Shown: piece by piece, positions 1-13,462 of the stretch
Position numbering within the stretch: the stretch's first letter is position 1
Layout of the letters: the number at the start of each line of letters is the position of its first letter
Notes under the pieces: model-generated
The model's input: only the letters and a program-made list of their open reading frames with translations
Database searches by the model: none
What the model was told of the DNA's origin: nothing
Position numbers and translations under genes: made by a program
DNA from: the human T2T-CHM13v2.0 reference genome, Homo sapiens
Assembly: GCF_009914755.1 (NCBI RefSeq)
Contig: NC_060946.1
Length of the DNA stretch: 64,000 nt
Direction: 5' to 3' (one strand)

Positions 1-770
1 TTTAGTTGCCTATGAAATAAGGATATGAATGCAATCTTAAACCAAAAACTATGCAGCAAACCTGCCAAATGCTGTGAAATCTGGACCAAAATGAGGAAGA
101 ACACTAAAAACTAACAACATATCCTCAGACCTTGGGCAAGAGGGACATTTCCCCAAAAGAAAGTGCGATTACCCTGAAATGCCATCCAGTGATTCTTCAA
201 GGGAGATAAGATCCAGGGGCACTGGGGCCATGGCAGAAGAGGACTCTTCCTTTAGACTCAACATGATACCACAGAACATGACAGGCAGAAAAGCAGAGGA
301 ACCAGAGTGGTACCCGATTTTTATCCAATATTCATTCTCCTTGATGTGGGAATGACCAAGGCAGAGAAAGTGGAGGAAAATTGCATTTTCCAAATTATCA
401 ACCATTCCAATGACAGAAACTGAGGTGTGATATACAGTTCATGAATAAGGAAAAGAATAGATTTGGTGAGAGGCTATAGGAGGCAATATACTGTGTTCAA
501 GTTTACTAACATTCCTCACTACTTCCCTTCCTCCATGGATGATTTTTCAGCAAGTATACAAGATGAATGACAATCTGAAAGAACCATCCCACATACATGC
601 TTTGAAATGAGAGAGAAAATAAAGAAGAAAGAAATGTAGGACAAAGATAAAGAACTACAAAAGAAATCATCTAAGAAAACAAAGAGTTTGGGTAGAGTTC
701 TCTATAATCTCAAAGAAATTATAGGAGATAAGTGTAAATAAAAAAATTACAGAAAAAAAAGCTATACTAC

Positions 771-1065
<295 letters not shown>

Positions 1066-1121
1066 CTACAAGCAACCAAAGTTAGAATAAACCTAACTTA
1101 AAACAGACAGTACTTTTAGTA

Positions 1122-1147
1122 ATTCATTCATTCATTCATTCATTCAT
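1122..1147. repeat. (ATTC)n microsatellite, the L2 3' tail
   Basis: attcattcattcattcattcattcat read directly, adjacent to the L2 body. Confidence 0.9.
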
Positions 1148-1450
1148 TTAACTAATTAGTGAATACCCCCTCCATGCTTGGAGTGCTTCTAGATGCTGGG
1201 AACTCAGCAGTGTCTAAGTCAACATCTCTGCCTTCATGGAGCTTACTATCCAGGGTGGATGGGGGATAGTAAAAAGTAAAGAATAAATTTTGATAGTGCT
1301 ATTAAAACAAGTAAAACAGAACAACATAATAGAGTATGAAAACAATTGGGTGACCATGAAAATCTCTCTCACTGCAGGATATTTTATCTGAAACCTGTAT
1401 AACATCATGAACGATTCAGGCCTGCAAATATCTGGAGAGACATTCTATAT
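1122..1450 (-). mobile_element. LINE-2 3' fragment
   Basis: (ATTC)n followed by gtgcttctagatgctgggaactcagcagtg...ctctgccttcatggagcttactatccag and tgcaaatatctggagagacattcta, typical of the reverse-complemented L2 3' end. Confidence 0.75.
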
Positions 1451-1469
1451 ACATATTATCATAAAAAAA

Positions 1470-1660
1470 GATTATAAGGAAAAAGACATGAATGATAGGT
1501 AAGGAATATTCAACAAATATATAATTGGTGTTTGCAAAGAAGAAATGAACCAAAGAAACAGAAAATATGTTCAAAAAATAGGAAAAACAATCCCAGAACA
1601 AATGCTTAAATCTGCAGATTGAGAGAATAATGCTGTAATGAAAACTTATTTGAGTGATCA
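1470..1660 (+). mobile_element. Ancient L1 (L1M-type) ORF1 remnant, disrupted
   Basis: Conceptual translation gives NKYIIGVCKEE...ENMFKK*...LNLQIER with a stop and frameshifts, resembling the L1 ORF1p motifs NIRIIGVPEEE and LNLQIERAH. The A-rich DNA before the Alu (~600-770) may belong to the same element. Confidence 0.6.
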
Positions 1661-1689
1661 ATACCAGTACATAAAAATAGTATGGATAA

Positions 1690-2112
1690 CCAGCCCTAAA
1701 TCTAGGCTGGTCTCATGGCTTGCTTTGACCCATAGCATGTGGTGAAAATTATTTCATGGCAGCCCTGAGCTTACAGCCCGAAGAGGCCTTGCATACTTTC
1801 AGTCCTTTCTCACAGCCCTGCTACCGTTATGTGAAGAAGCCTGGGCCATCCTGCTGGAGTATGAGAGATCACAGGGCCAAGTCACCCCCACTGTCCCTGC
1901 CAAGAGATAACCAACTACCACATGAATGAGGTGATTCTAGGCCAGCCAGGCTCCAGTTGACCCATGTCCTAACTCATTCACCCAAGATCAGCCAAGCCAT
2001 ATCAGCAGGACCACCCCTACAGACCTGCAGGTCTGCAGCTATGATTAATGGTGTTTGTTTTCAGCCACAGTGTTTTGAGGGTGATTTATAAGTCAACACA
2101 AGCTAAGTATGA
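1690..2112 (+). mobile_element. MLT1 (ERVL-MaLR) solo LTR, MLT1F/G/H-like
   Basis: Contains tggcttgctttgacccatagcatgtgg, atgtgaagaagcctgggccatcctgctggagtatgagagatcac and the 3' end aatggtgtttgttttcagccacagtgttttgagggtgattt, all characteristic of MLT1 LTRs. Confidence 0.75.
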
Positions 2113-2629
2113 TGAGTGTCTAAATGTTTTTCATAATCTTTTTCTTGGCTTTAGAGAGATGATAGAAAATAATGTCTTCTGTGAAGAAAGGTTTACCTGA
2201 AATCCAGCGTATCCAATTATATTTTAGTTTCTTTTTCTTCTGTTAAAGGAAACTTACATTTAATACCTTTTATTTAAAATCACATTTCATATGTCTAATT
2301 TCTACTTTTATTACAAAAATGGATTCTATTTCATCAAAATTCTACCTTTTTATTTTTTAAACTGTATGGATGTATAAAGAGATGTACAGGACAACTTTTA
2401 TCCAATGTTAATAGTTGCTCTTTCATTGTTCTTTTCATTCACAATAGCTGCTCTTCAGCAAGAGTTTGTATAATTTTTCTGTGGTTCTTTGTAGTTTTCT
2501 GTGTGGCTTGAATTTATTGTAATGGGTATGTATCAACTTTGTAAAAACAGTTGAGTCATTCTTTTAAAAGAGCTCGACAGACAGAAAGGAAGTGCTCAGA
2601 AAAGGCTGGGAGCATGTTGAAAGGATATA

Positions 2630-2870
2630 AGAACAACATGGGATCCTGGATTTGCTCCTGTGTCAGAAAATGGACATTAGTGGAAAAACTTGCAAAATTT
2701 GAATAAGATCTTTGATTATTAGAATTGGGTTAATGTTAAAGCAGATTTCATCATTGTACTGTAGTGGGTCATGAAAGATGCTCATAATAGAAGTTGAGTG
2801 AAGAGTGAAAGGGAACTCTATACTATTTTGGCAACTGAATCTAAAATTATTTCAAAATATAGTTGAAAAG
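2630..2870 (+). mobile_element. Ancient L1 (L1MC/MD/ME) 3' end fragment
   Basis: gggatcctggattt...cagaaaatggacattagtggaaaaact...tgaataag...gggaactctatactattttggcaact...tctaaaattatttcaaaata matches the familiar L1M 3' UTR terminus. Confidence 0.75.
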
Positions 2871-5472
2871 GAATAAGACTGTACTTAATTGTATAAATAA
2901 GAAGTCCCACTTTCATCTATCTTACTTTTGAAATGGAAAACCTATCATTCTTTGTTAAAGAAAGGGGAAACAGTTAAAAGATAGCCAGTAACTAATGCAC
3001 ATAGTAAATAAAAATTGATATTAAGTATAAGCTGACTTTGATTCATAGCTTTAGAGTTCCAGGATATTCTGGGAAAGAAATTTGCTGATGTAAATGTATA
3101 ATGTCAGCAATATACTATCACTGCTGTTATTAATATTTTGATAACGTTTGGTCTGTCAAGGACCAAAGCAATTCTGTACAAGCAGTTTGTATACATTTTA
3201 CACTTCTAAAGTAATTATTAATATATTTTCATTTTAATTTAAAGATTGTTATTTACTTTGACCAGAGGAATAATTTAGGAATCAGAACAGTAGTTTACAT
3301 CTCCAAGTTAGCAAAATGTGACAGATACATAATCTGTATTGGAAGTGATTTAAGCCTGGTATTTGTGATGCATCAAAGGAAAGCCCATTTGGTCTAGCTT
3401 GAAATACTTTCCTTAGATGAGGAGTACTCTGCTTTTTATCAGTTATATTATTCTTCACATCCATTTTGGTTCCAGGACTAAATGACATCCATGCCACACC
3501 ATGTATCAAAACACTCTATAATGCATTTTTAAAAACCTCTAATACATTCTGATTGTTTTATAAAGGAGCTATCTTTTAAAAGAACAGACCAGGTTCATGG
3601 CAGAGAAGTTCTCTGGTGTATTCTGAAGCAAATAGAAAGAAAACAACAAAAATCTTAGAAACTCGTAACTGACAAAAATCAACTGCATTTGTTTTAGTTT
3701 GGAAACAGCACCAGTTTATTTCTTCTAAAAGAGCAAGAATTCACAGCAAGAATATTATTTTTGTTTACAAGAGTTGTGTCTGAACCCTCTAAAATATGAC
3801 TGTCAAGTCAAATGTCAAGAATGTTAATTAGTGAAAGGAAGGGGAGGAGTTGACGGGAGGCAGGCCGTCAGCACCAGCTCACTGTGTAAACAGAGCTGTG
3901 TCTTGAATTCCACAGCAATGGCATGGAGGCATTCTATGAAAAGAGGAGATAATAGATGATGAAGTATCTAGCAAAAAAGAAATGAAAAGCTGCTGTCTAA
4001 ATACTGTTTATCAAACAAATGTACTCTGATTGTAACCTGCCTAAAACTGAGCTTCAGTTTGTTTAGCTCACCAACGTGCGAGTGTGTGTATTCACTATTT
4101 GAATTTTATTTCAGTTCTTCTCATTGAGGTCATTCTTTGTTTGAATTATTTCATGCCCTCTGTTCAGAGGATCTCTCCAAAGTAGATTACAAGATTCAGA
4201 GATATTTTTTAAGTCCATTGATGACTTCTCCAATTCTAAATATTCTACTGTTTAACCATCGGCCCATTAGCCCAGGCAAAAAACAGGGAAGAAAGATACA
4301 CCCACATTAAAAACCAACAGGTTTCTTATTTCCTCAATGCTCCTGTGTCTTACCCTATTTAGAAATCACATGTTATATGCAAATAAATGTGGATAGATTT
4401 GACAATTATGTTATTATTTCATTTTTCTTTTAGACCTAGAGTTTAACCAAAACCATCGCTTCCATGCAACATCACCCCAATTTCAACAGAGTGGGACTTG
4501 GCAGACAAGTTTTAATTATAGTCCTAGCATCTATCTTGTGTCCATCAATATCATGGTTAACTTGGAAGTTAAAGAGGCATTTTGCAACATCACAGGTCAC
4601 TTCTCAACTCATTTAAAATTAATCCCAGTTAAAATATAAAACACAAATCAAACAGGCCATCTTTCATATTCATTTTGTAGGTGCACTGTCAGAATTATAA
4701 ATCAGCTTTGCCTAAGGAGTAAAATGAAACACACCCAAATGTAGTATTTTTAGGAAAAAATGTCTGGAAATGAGTGCATGTGTTACTATGAATTTTTGTT
4801 AAAGGTAAGCAAAACTCTCTAATATGCTAAAATTTATTGACTGTACAAAAATCTCCTCCACAGATGCAATTATTCACATACTCATGAGTCAAATATTTAG
4901 TGCATGCCTTGAGAATACACCACAAATCAACTGCTTCTCTGCCCTTCTTCCCCACTCTCCAAAATCTACCTCCTACCTCCAACCCCAGACTCACATGGAA
5001 TTGCCAATAGCTTGATTGGATAAGCATGGACATCAGAGAAAACTCTGATACATTTTTGACACTTGCTAATAAAAGTATGTTGGGTGTTGTTTTTCTTTCT
5101 ACCTAAGGATGTTCCACCCATCATGGAGGGAAAATGGGGCTAAGAGAAGCCTGCCTCAGCTGGTAGGGTCATATCCACTCACAGATGTTAGGGAGTCTCC
5201 ATGACAATGAGGACTTGAGGTGGGGAAGAAGAGACCCAGATGTCCGCTTTGCCTTCTATTCAAAAGCCAAGTGTCTGATTTTTCAAGTCTAGGGCTTTAA
5301 AACAAAAATCTCATTTGCAACATACAGTCAGCAGCAGGGTGCAAAGCTCAGGACCTACCCCAAGGGGTAAGCAGCACTGTAGCCTCTGAGACCACCGTGC
5401 CACCTGGCTGTGTGTTCAGATGTCATCCCTCCCCTCAGCATGGCCAGGCTGACCACCAGACCGGCTGAAAGT

Positions 5473-5600
5473 CAGGATGTTCATAGAATTTATTATCTGA
5501 ACTGGATATTTTTGAAAGAGATCACTATTAATAATCATGCCAGGTCAACAGGCATGAGTGGAGCATGCCCCAGAAAGACTTGGACACATGGCCATACCTG
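5473..5600. mobile_element. MER94-like hAT-Blackjack DNA transposon fossil
   Basis: aatttattatctgaactggatatttttgaaag...ctattaataatcatgccaggtcaacaggcatga...ggacacatggccatacct follows the ~130-bp MER94 consensus as recalled, with degraded terminal inverted repeats. Confidence 0.6.
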
Positions 5601-7329
5601 TATTTTTCTGTTTAGCAATTTGCAATTACTGCACACTTGAAGCATGTGTACCTTCCCTGAGGCTCCATCTCCAGGGTTATACTGCTTGGAAATGTATTTT
5701 GGGGAAAAACAAACTTGTTGAAGAAAATGTCCTCACAAATGTTTAGCAATAACTCTAGGGGAAGTCACATTCCCACTTATCTTGCCCATTGTGGTTAGAG
5801 GAGATTCTAGAATTAGAAAAGAAACAAAAAAATGAAAGACCTGCTCTAAGGGCTTAATTTTGCCCTTCAGGAAACAAACATACAGAGTGGCCCATGGGTT
5901 CTTTAAAAATGTTCCCCATCAATTTTCCACCTCCTGTTCCTTCAGCTGCCTCTATCTTATTTCACTTTTTGAAAAAAGTTGTTTTATTTCTGGCCTAGAA
6001 ACTTTGGTACAGTTCGTCAATATCAGGAAGTCCATTAGGTGAGATTGCATATTATCCTTGCCAGAGCACGGCTGGCTGTCCAGCAGACATCATTTTATGT
6101 TTTTGTCTTTCTTTATTTGAAATACCTTTGATGTATCATCTCAGACAAAAAATGTAGTCGTTCAACAGCTCAGGGAAGAAGGTCTGAGCTTGCCACAGGA
6201 GGAGACAGGGCTAGGGCTGGGGAGTTGGGGGGAGTATAAACAAAGTAGAGGATTGGGCAGAGCTACAAGAAATATTTAGCATTCCTGGCTTCCCACAAAG
6301 GGTAGATCAAGGAGAGGGAATGAGCAGTTGGGATGGAGCGTACACTACAACTATTCTTTTTTGGGCCTAATCCAGTCCACTGTGACACATAAAAGTCCCC
6401 AGTGGGCAGACCTCGAGTTTATTGTATTGTGTGGCAAATGTTGAGTAATTACACAGGATGCCTGTCTATATGCAGGACGGGGTCAAACTCTGTGGCAAAG
6501 ACACAGCTGCTGGTTTTGTGGCTGTGTGACAAATCCACTTTTGCTAACAATCGTCAAAGCCATATTCATAACACTTTGTGTTTAAGGGATTGAGCACTAA
6601 AAGTCCGCTTCCACAGGCCCCTGTCAAAACAAAGTCCACTTCTTTACAGTGTGCCCACAGGCGGTCTGTGTCAAAAACCTGATGTCAGCTTTTTGGAGTG
6701 GGATCTTGGAAGAGGAGCCATGTTCACTGTTGTTCACCTGGATAGTGAATTGAAGATGGGGCTCTCTTTTCTTGAAACTCTCGGTGGGCGGGGGGGAAAG
6801 AAACGCACCTTAGCATCCAAAATAAAGACAACCACACATACACCAAAACGGAAACAGCCATTTCGTTTTAAAAAGATCTGGTCATTGACAGGCTTTCTTT
6901 CTGCCCCACCACTATGGTCTTCTCGGGTTAATTCATCTCCTGCTACTGCAGGATCTATAAAATACTGTATTGAGACGACTTCACTAGGTTTCCAGCAGTG
7001 GGATTTTCTAGCTACTGGAAATACCCAAGGCCAGTGTAAACTCATTTGTTTTTCTTAATTTGAGCCTTAATTGCAGAGCCTGCTTGTTGCTGGATGCTAA
7101 TCCCCTCAAGCCCTTCTGAGGCAAACACTCTAGGAGAGGATGTGGACAGAAGTACCCATGGAAAATGGGACACCGTGACAAAGGGGTCAGCAGGTGAACA
7201 AACGTCACATATAACTCCTCTGTGTCATGTGGATGAGCAGGTTCCAGCTGATGAAAGTGAGAAGGTGCCTCCCATTGCAGGGCCCTAGCAACATAATTCT
7301 GTTCAGAATGTTCTTAATACAGAAGTGCC

Positions 7330-7811
7330 TATATTAGTCAGTGTTCTCCAGAGAAAATGAACTACTGGGAGAGAGAGATATTATAAGGAATTGGCTCACA
7401 CAATTACAGAGGCTGGCAAAGCCCAAGATTTGTAGGGTGAGTTGACAAGCTGGAGACCCAGGAGAGCCAATGGTGTAGTTACAGTATGAAGACTGGCAGG
7501 CTTGAGGTACAGGTACACTTCAAGTCCAAAGGCAGCAAACAATTAATTTTTCCTTCTAGTTCAAAGGTCATCAGGCAGAATGGTTTCTATTTTGTTTAGA
7601 GGAGGGTCAGCCTTTTTGCTCATTTGGACCTTCATCTGATTGGATAGGGTCCACCTACATATAGTGGGCAATCTGCTTTCTTCAGTCTACTGATTCAAAT
7701 GTTAAATATCATCCAAAAATATCCTCACATAAACATCCAGTATAATATTTGACAAAATATTTTTGCACCATGTGACCCAGGCAAGTGGACACATAAAAAA
7801 TAATCATGGCA
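7330..7811 (-). mobile_element. MLT2 (ERVL) solo LTR, MLT2B/C-like
   Basis: Begins tatattagtcagtgttctccagagaaa, contains aaggaattggctcacacaattacagaggctgg and gggcaatctgctttcttcagtctactgattcaaatgttaa, and ends caagtggacacataaaaaataatcatggca. The 5-bp flanks gtgcc/gcacc fit a TSD. Confidence 0.9.
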
Positions 7812-7824
7812 GCACCTGGCCATG

Positions 7825-7895
7825 AAATGATAAAACTGAGCTTCAAATCTAGCTCTGTCTGACTCCAAAACCCGTATCCTTTCTAACACTATAGT
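7825..7895 (-). mobile_element. MIR fragment
   Basis: ctgagcttcaaatctagctctgtctgactccaaaacccgtatcctttctaacacta resembles the MIR segment ggattcgaacccaggcagtctgactccagagccc...cttaaccacta. Confidence 0.55.
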
Positions 7896-7982
7896 GACCG
7901 ATTTTGTTCTCAGGAAACTTAATTGTTCTTAAGGAGGTAAGATTTATAAACATTAAAAACTCTACATAAGAAAGGTATGTGA

Positions 7983-8274
<292 letters not shown>

Positions 8275-8535
8275 GGTTACATTATGATAAATGATCAACC
8301 ATATTCATCAGATAATTGACCCATCTGCTGTAAAGTGTGAATCATGTGTACACCCAAGTTTTATTCCCAGTGGTGTAAATGTCCTTTTTTCACTATTTCT
8401 TGAGTAGGATACCAAATGTAACACACACTGGAGTGTCTTTCAGCTCCACAGGGAAGCTGGAACTCAGAGGGGTCTAGACCTTCCAGGCAAGTCCTTGGCT
8501 CAGCTCAGGAAGTCTAGCCATCTGCCAATGCCATG

Positions 8536-8865
8536 TGATATGGATTGGCTGTGTCCCCACCCAAATCTCATCTTGAATTGACCTGGTAGCAAGTAACTGA
8601 ATCATGGGGGCGAGCTTTTCCCATGCTATTCTCGTGAAAGTTAATAAGTCTCATGAGATCTGATGGTTTTATAAAGGGCAGTTCCCTCCACACGCTCTGT
8701 TGCCTGCTGCGTTGTAAGATGTGCCTTTGCTCCTCCTTCACCTTCCATCATGATTGTGAGGCCTCCCCAGCCACGTGGAACTGTAAGTTTGTTAAACCTC
8801 TTTCCTTTATAAATTACCTAGTCTCAGGTATGTCTTTATTAGCAGCATGAGAATGGACTCATACA
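8536..8865 (+). mobile_element. THE1 (ERVL-MaLR) solo LTR, THE1B-like, with a ~30-bp internal deletion
   Basis: Starts tgatatggattggctgtgtccccacccaaatctcatcttgaattg and ends ggtatgtctttattagcagcatgagaatggactcataca. Contains the TATA-like ttttataaaggg. The 5-bp flanks ccatg/tcatg fit a TSD. Confidence 0.92.
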
Positions 8866-8979
8866 TCATGCTACATACTTGGTGACAGCAGTGATGGGGA
8901 CAGTGCCCAGAATTGCTTCCCCATGACAGCTAGCAAGGGTTGTGATGCTTTACAATTACTGTCAGCCCAGAATTAACTT

Positions 8980-9370
8980 CCATTCCATAGACATTCATGG
9001 GTGCCTGCTATAATACATAAAAAGCACAATATTGAAACAGGCTGGGGCCAAGGGAGACAAAGACCCAGTCTCTGCCTTCTGAGTGCTTGCAATAGAAGGG
9101 GATAAGAAACACGGCTGTGTAAGAGAGATGCCAGATGATAGATACATGCAGTATACTCTGGCAGTTCCCAATGGGAGTGATATCACTGCACCCTATGGAG
9201 AGCTGAGCAGAGGAGACATTTGACGTAGGCCTGGGAGTACGTGTAGGAGTCCAGCAGATGGGGTAGGGAGGGGAAAAGAGGAGCAAATGCACAAAAGAGG
9301 AGAAGCAGAGGATTTGTCTAAACAGCAATGACTCATGCAGTTTGTCTGAATTATAGAATATATTAGAGGG
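8980..9370 (-). mobile_element. LINE-2 fragment
   Basis: Contains cattccatagacattcatgggtgcctgctata, aaagacccagtctctgccttctgagtgcttgcaat and gaggagacatttgacgtaggcctgggagtacgtgtaggagt, typical antisense L2 3' motifs. Confidence 0.6.
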
Positions 9371-10106
9371 AGTAGCAGGAATGAGACCTATTTTCTGGGC
9401 TTGCACTTCACCCTAAACCCCAGTCATCTGTAAGATTAATCTCTTTTGGCTCATCCTCCTGAGCAGGAGCAGACAACCCCAGGCAACAGGCAACACTTCC
9501 CCAGCAGTCAGGCTGCTGAACTGCTCTCCCATGAAGCAGGGGCCACTGTGTCCTCCTCACTCAGGAACTCAGCCTGGTTTATGAGAACAAACCTCGTTGG
9601 CCTGGGCAGCTGGTCTGATCCCCTTCCTGAACTCCTGCTCTCTCTGTCCTACCCCGCCACCCAGGACAGCCTCTCTGTCCTGAAGCTGAGACCTTCTGAA
9701 CAGAAGGCTGGGTCAGCTCTGCTTGCAGCCAGAAGACACTGAGAAGGCTACCACTTATAGGGGCCCTTGTCCTCTCAGGTCCCCAGTGCTCCTAGGGTGG
9801 GCAGCCAGCACTGTTTTCCATCTGATTCCAAGCAATGGCTAAGGCTGGTGGCTACCTATCCTTTAAGCTGTAAGATGTTTGCCCTTGGGATGTCATTTGA
9901 GTGTCAGTCTGAGGTTTAAAATAAAACAAAACAAATTCTGTTTCACTGCATCTTTAATTGTTGACTTCTGGGTAAGTATCTTCTAATGATGTGCTAGGCA
10001 CAATCACCCGTTGGCCAAACTCCATGAACAGAAGTTGGCATGTTAGAATCCTGCGTCAGCTCTTCCCTCATCTCACTGCCTGGGAAAATGTCTCGTTTTA
10101 CTCCCG

Positions 10107-10303
10107 GCCCCAACTTCTCAGCTCTGACGCCTGCTGTTCATCAAAACTGACTGGAGCGTTGCTAGAAATGCAGAGGCTGGGGTCCACCCCAGACTTGATG
10201 AATCCTAATCCTCAGGCTGAGAACATAGGCCTGAGGGCTTTTATTTTTTATATATCTCCCGAGGTGATTATTATACACAGCCAGGGTAGAAACCCCTGCC
10301 TTA
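10107..10303. mobile_element. MER5A/B-like hAT-Charlie DNA transposon fossil
   Basis: cttctcagctctgac...ctggagcgttgctagaaatgcagaggctggggtccaccccagact...ctccccgaggtgattattatacacagccagggtagaaacccctg matches MER5 architecture. Confidence 0.7.
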
Positions 10304-12879
10304 GGCAAATGCCTTTAAATTTTTTTTTGCATTCACATTCTCTATTCATTGCCTCCTGGAATTTCAAGCGTTAGGAAGGATCTTGGAGATCAACTAGTCT
10401 AGCACTTTCTAAACTCATGGTAGTGAGAACCAGCGTAGAAGCTGGGGATACAGTGGGCAGTCCTTCCCGGGCTTATACGACACAGGACCATCTGCACTTA
10501 GAGTAGAGATTAGCATCCCACTGCTGGAGGGACACAGGTGGGAAGTGCTGGCCTAGCTCACCCCTGTATGATGATACAGACTCTGGACCTCCTGCTTCAT
10601 TCCCCTCTGCCTGTGCTGCTTCTGGCTGACCCTACACCCCCGGCTTGGGGTAGAGATGACACCTGCAAACACATGAGACACGGGTGGGAAAACCATGTTC
10701 TAGAAGTGTGTGAAATGATGCAGGCAGTGGCCCAGGTGACTTGGCCTTTTTCTCAGTATTGCTTTGAGACCGTGCCGTCATAAAATATCTTAGAATCACT
10801 GAAGAAAGGAGGCCTTTTTTTCAAGGATTTTTTTTTATAAATAAGAAATTCTAGATCTTGGGACTTGGAAATCAAGAATCCTCGACTTCCACCCCAGCTT
10901 GAACACAGGTTCTTTGTTGCATTCTGAGGGAGCTTAGAACAGGAATCAACCTCCGACCCCAGGGGCTGTCAAGGCTGAGTTCCTAGAAACGTGTAGCCAG
11001 GACTAGATGCTGGTAGCAGGAGGGAGGATGGGCAGCCGGCACGTGCGAGACAAAAGTGGGGAGCAAGAGGAGGCTGGGAGGGGTGTGGACAGATTGAGAC
11101 TGCCTTGGCCCTTCCCTGCAGAGTTCAGGCTGCACGTGGCCCACCTGGCACCTGACACTCCATATGGCATAAATTAAATGGACTCTTCAGCTAACCATCT
11201 AAGGACTATACAGTTATCTGCTTTACACTTTCAGGAAATCTAGCCTGGTGACTTGTTCAGACAGATTGTTCATTATTGCATGAATAATGACGGACTAAAA
11301 ATGACACAGCAGGGAACTTTATCTTCAGAGGAAAACTGCTCTTACCCACTTTCCTAAGGAAATCTGCCTCTGTTCTAGGATGAAGACCTCTCTGGCGAGT
11401 TGGGGCTGACACCCATTTCTCATCAGCTCATCAGAGATACAGAGCTGGTCTAGGAGTCCTCCCCCGGCCTCCCCACCACACACATACTTAATCCATTTAT
11501 TTTCAGATCCTTGCCCAGAAATCTCCAGGAACCCTGACCAGGCCTTGCATCCCCAAGTCCGAAAATTTTGCAGCAAAAATCCATTCTAACTTGAAGCTTT
11601 TAATAGCAAATAAGTGATCCAGGCTCCAAATGGTCCAGGCCAGGCCACCCCACATAGAACTGTGAATATCACAATAGGTGATTGTTTTAAAGTGTGTTAA
11701 TGAGTCTCAAAACATCCTACATAATATCAGCCTCCACTTCGGTCTTCTTGACAGGCTCCAGTAAATAACATGAGTTGACAGGAATAAAACAGCTTGCTCA
11801 GGAGTAATTGAGTGGAATTGGAATGAACAGACAAGAAAGAAAAATTGGCGCTTGGGTCACAAGGAACTTTTTGTTAGAAACATTCTGGGGGATTTGGTGG
11901 GATGTGGTCCCGCTGACTAATCACCAGTATAGAAAGTTTGCAATCTCTCCACCATGACAACGTCTTTAATAACTTGAAAACACAAGAGGTGGCTGTTAAT
12001 TTCAAAGACAGTTATATGAAGCTTTTATTGAGTGTGGTGCAGAGTATATAGTTAGCAGCCTGAAAGATAATGAACCCTTTAAATAAGGCTTTCAAAATAA
12101 CAGTTTTATTTTTGCTTAAGCCAAAAGAACAGTGATTTTCTTCTGGTTATTTTAAGGCAGAAAAATGTATGTGAAGTACAATCTCTCCATTACACACACA
12201 ATCAACCACTTTTGTCATCAAGGGCATCTGTCCTTGATGCCACAGTACCGTGACTATTCAGGTAGAATAAGGGTTGATATCGTCATGACACTCCTTTCCC
12301 AAGGAAAGAGCAGATTGGGCAAGGAAGGAGTTAAATGTGGTGGCACCACCCTCATTTTCTTGTGGAAACTGGGGCTTCTCTCCTCACCCCTGGCTGATGA
12401 TGCCATGAAGAGGTAGAGCCCCCTCGTGCATGTAATGTCATGATGTGGTGAAACCAGAGATGAAACCAGTGAGTTCTTGAGATACAGAGAAAGAGAAACA
12501 ACCAGGACAAGGGCAGGACTTCACATGATTCTGCAGGGGGTATTCTGTGGGCCAGAGACCAGGTGTGAGGAGCAAAGTGGGTACAGATGGGCTTTCTGGT
12601 CTGGAGCCTTCTGATCATGGCCTGCTCTTACGTTTTCATGCGGCATTCCAGGAACAGAGGAAATGGGCTCTTGATGGACCTGGAACTTCTGAGCTATGGT
12701 GACAGGGATGGGTCCTCCCTCTTGCCCTCAGGCAGTCACCTATGATTCTGACCCATGAAATACCTTATGGATCTATCATTCTCCCTATCCTCCTCCACTG
12801 TCTTCCTTCTCCCCTAGTGTGTATATATGTATACGTGTGTGGAGAGATTAAGATAGATTTGTCTTGCCAACCTTCAAAG

Positions 12880-12995
12880 CCATCAATCGTTTACTCATTC
12901 TGTCATCGTTGTGTTGGGTGTTGGTTAAGCACTGTGTTGAAAGCTGAGGATACAAATGTGAGACAGTCAGACGTGACACCCTCTGACCCCGAAGC
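12880..12995 (-). mobile_element. LINE-2 3' end fragment
   Basis: catcaatcgtttactcattc...aagcactgtgttgaaagctgaggatacaaatgtgagacagtcagac resembles the L2 motif ggcactgtgctaggtgctggggatacagcagtgaacaagacagac. Confidence 0.5.
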
Positions 12996-13462
12996 AACTG
13001 GGCCAGACCCACGTGGGTCTGGCCAGCAGCAGGCAGATGCCACCACAGCAGGGAAGATGCCTTCACCCCACATCCCTGTGAGTCACAACAGTGGCTTCAG
13101 CTGTGGCACCACCCCCACCCGCCACCGGGCGGAAGCTCAATGGGACCCAATCCTACTGGCCAATGAGTCAAAACAAAATAACAACAACAAAAACAAAAAC
13201 AGGTCTTTTCTGAGCCAGTCCTGTGATGAAAGAGAACAATGTAAACAGAGAGATTCGTTAAAGAAAAATGATTTATTTCTGGCCTCAGTCCTGGCAACAA
13301 ACATTGTATTTCTAATTACCTAAATCAGTCTTGTTGGCAACATGCGTTCTGGTTTCACTCTGAATTTTTTTAAGACACATATCTGCCCTTCATATAATAT
13401 GGGGAGTTTAGTGTTTTCTCAGAATCGGCCTGAAAGACACATCAAGTTTTACCTCTTTCTAG

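Noticed and set aside
6651-7058. 135-aa ORF with a nearby GC-box-like gggcgggggg
   Set aside because: No recognisable homology, a non-ATG start, and too few CpGs for a CpG-island promoter.
10340-10890. Possible additional MIR or DNA-transposon fragments
   Set aside because: Similarity is too weak to assign family or boundaries by eye.
12742-13323. 193-aa ORF in the unique flank
   Set aside because: No recognisable protein family; it overlaps an L2 remnant and a low-complexity (CAA/AAAAC) tract, consistent with a chance ORF.
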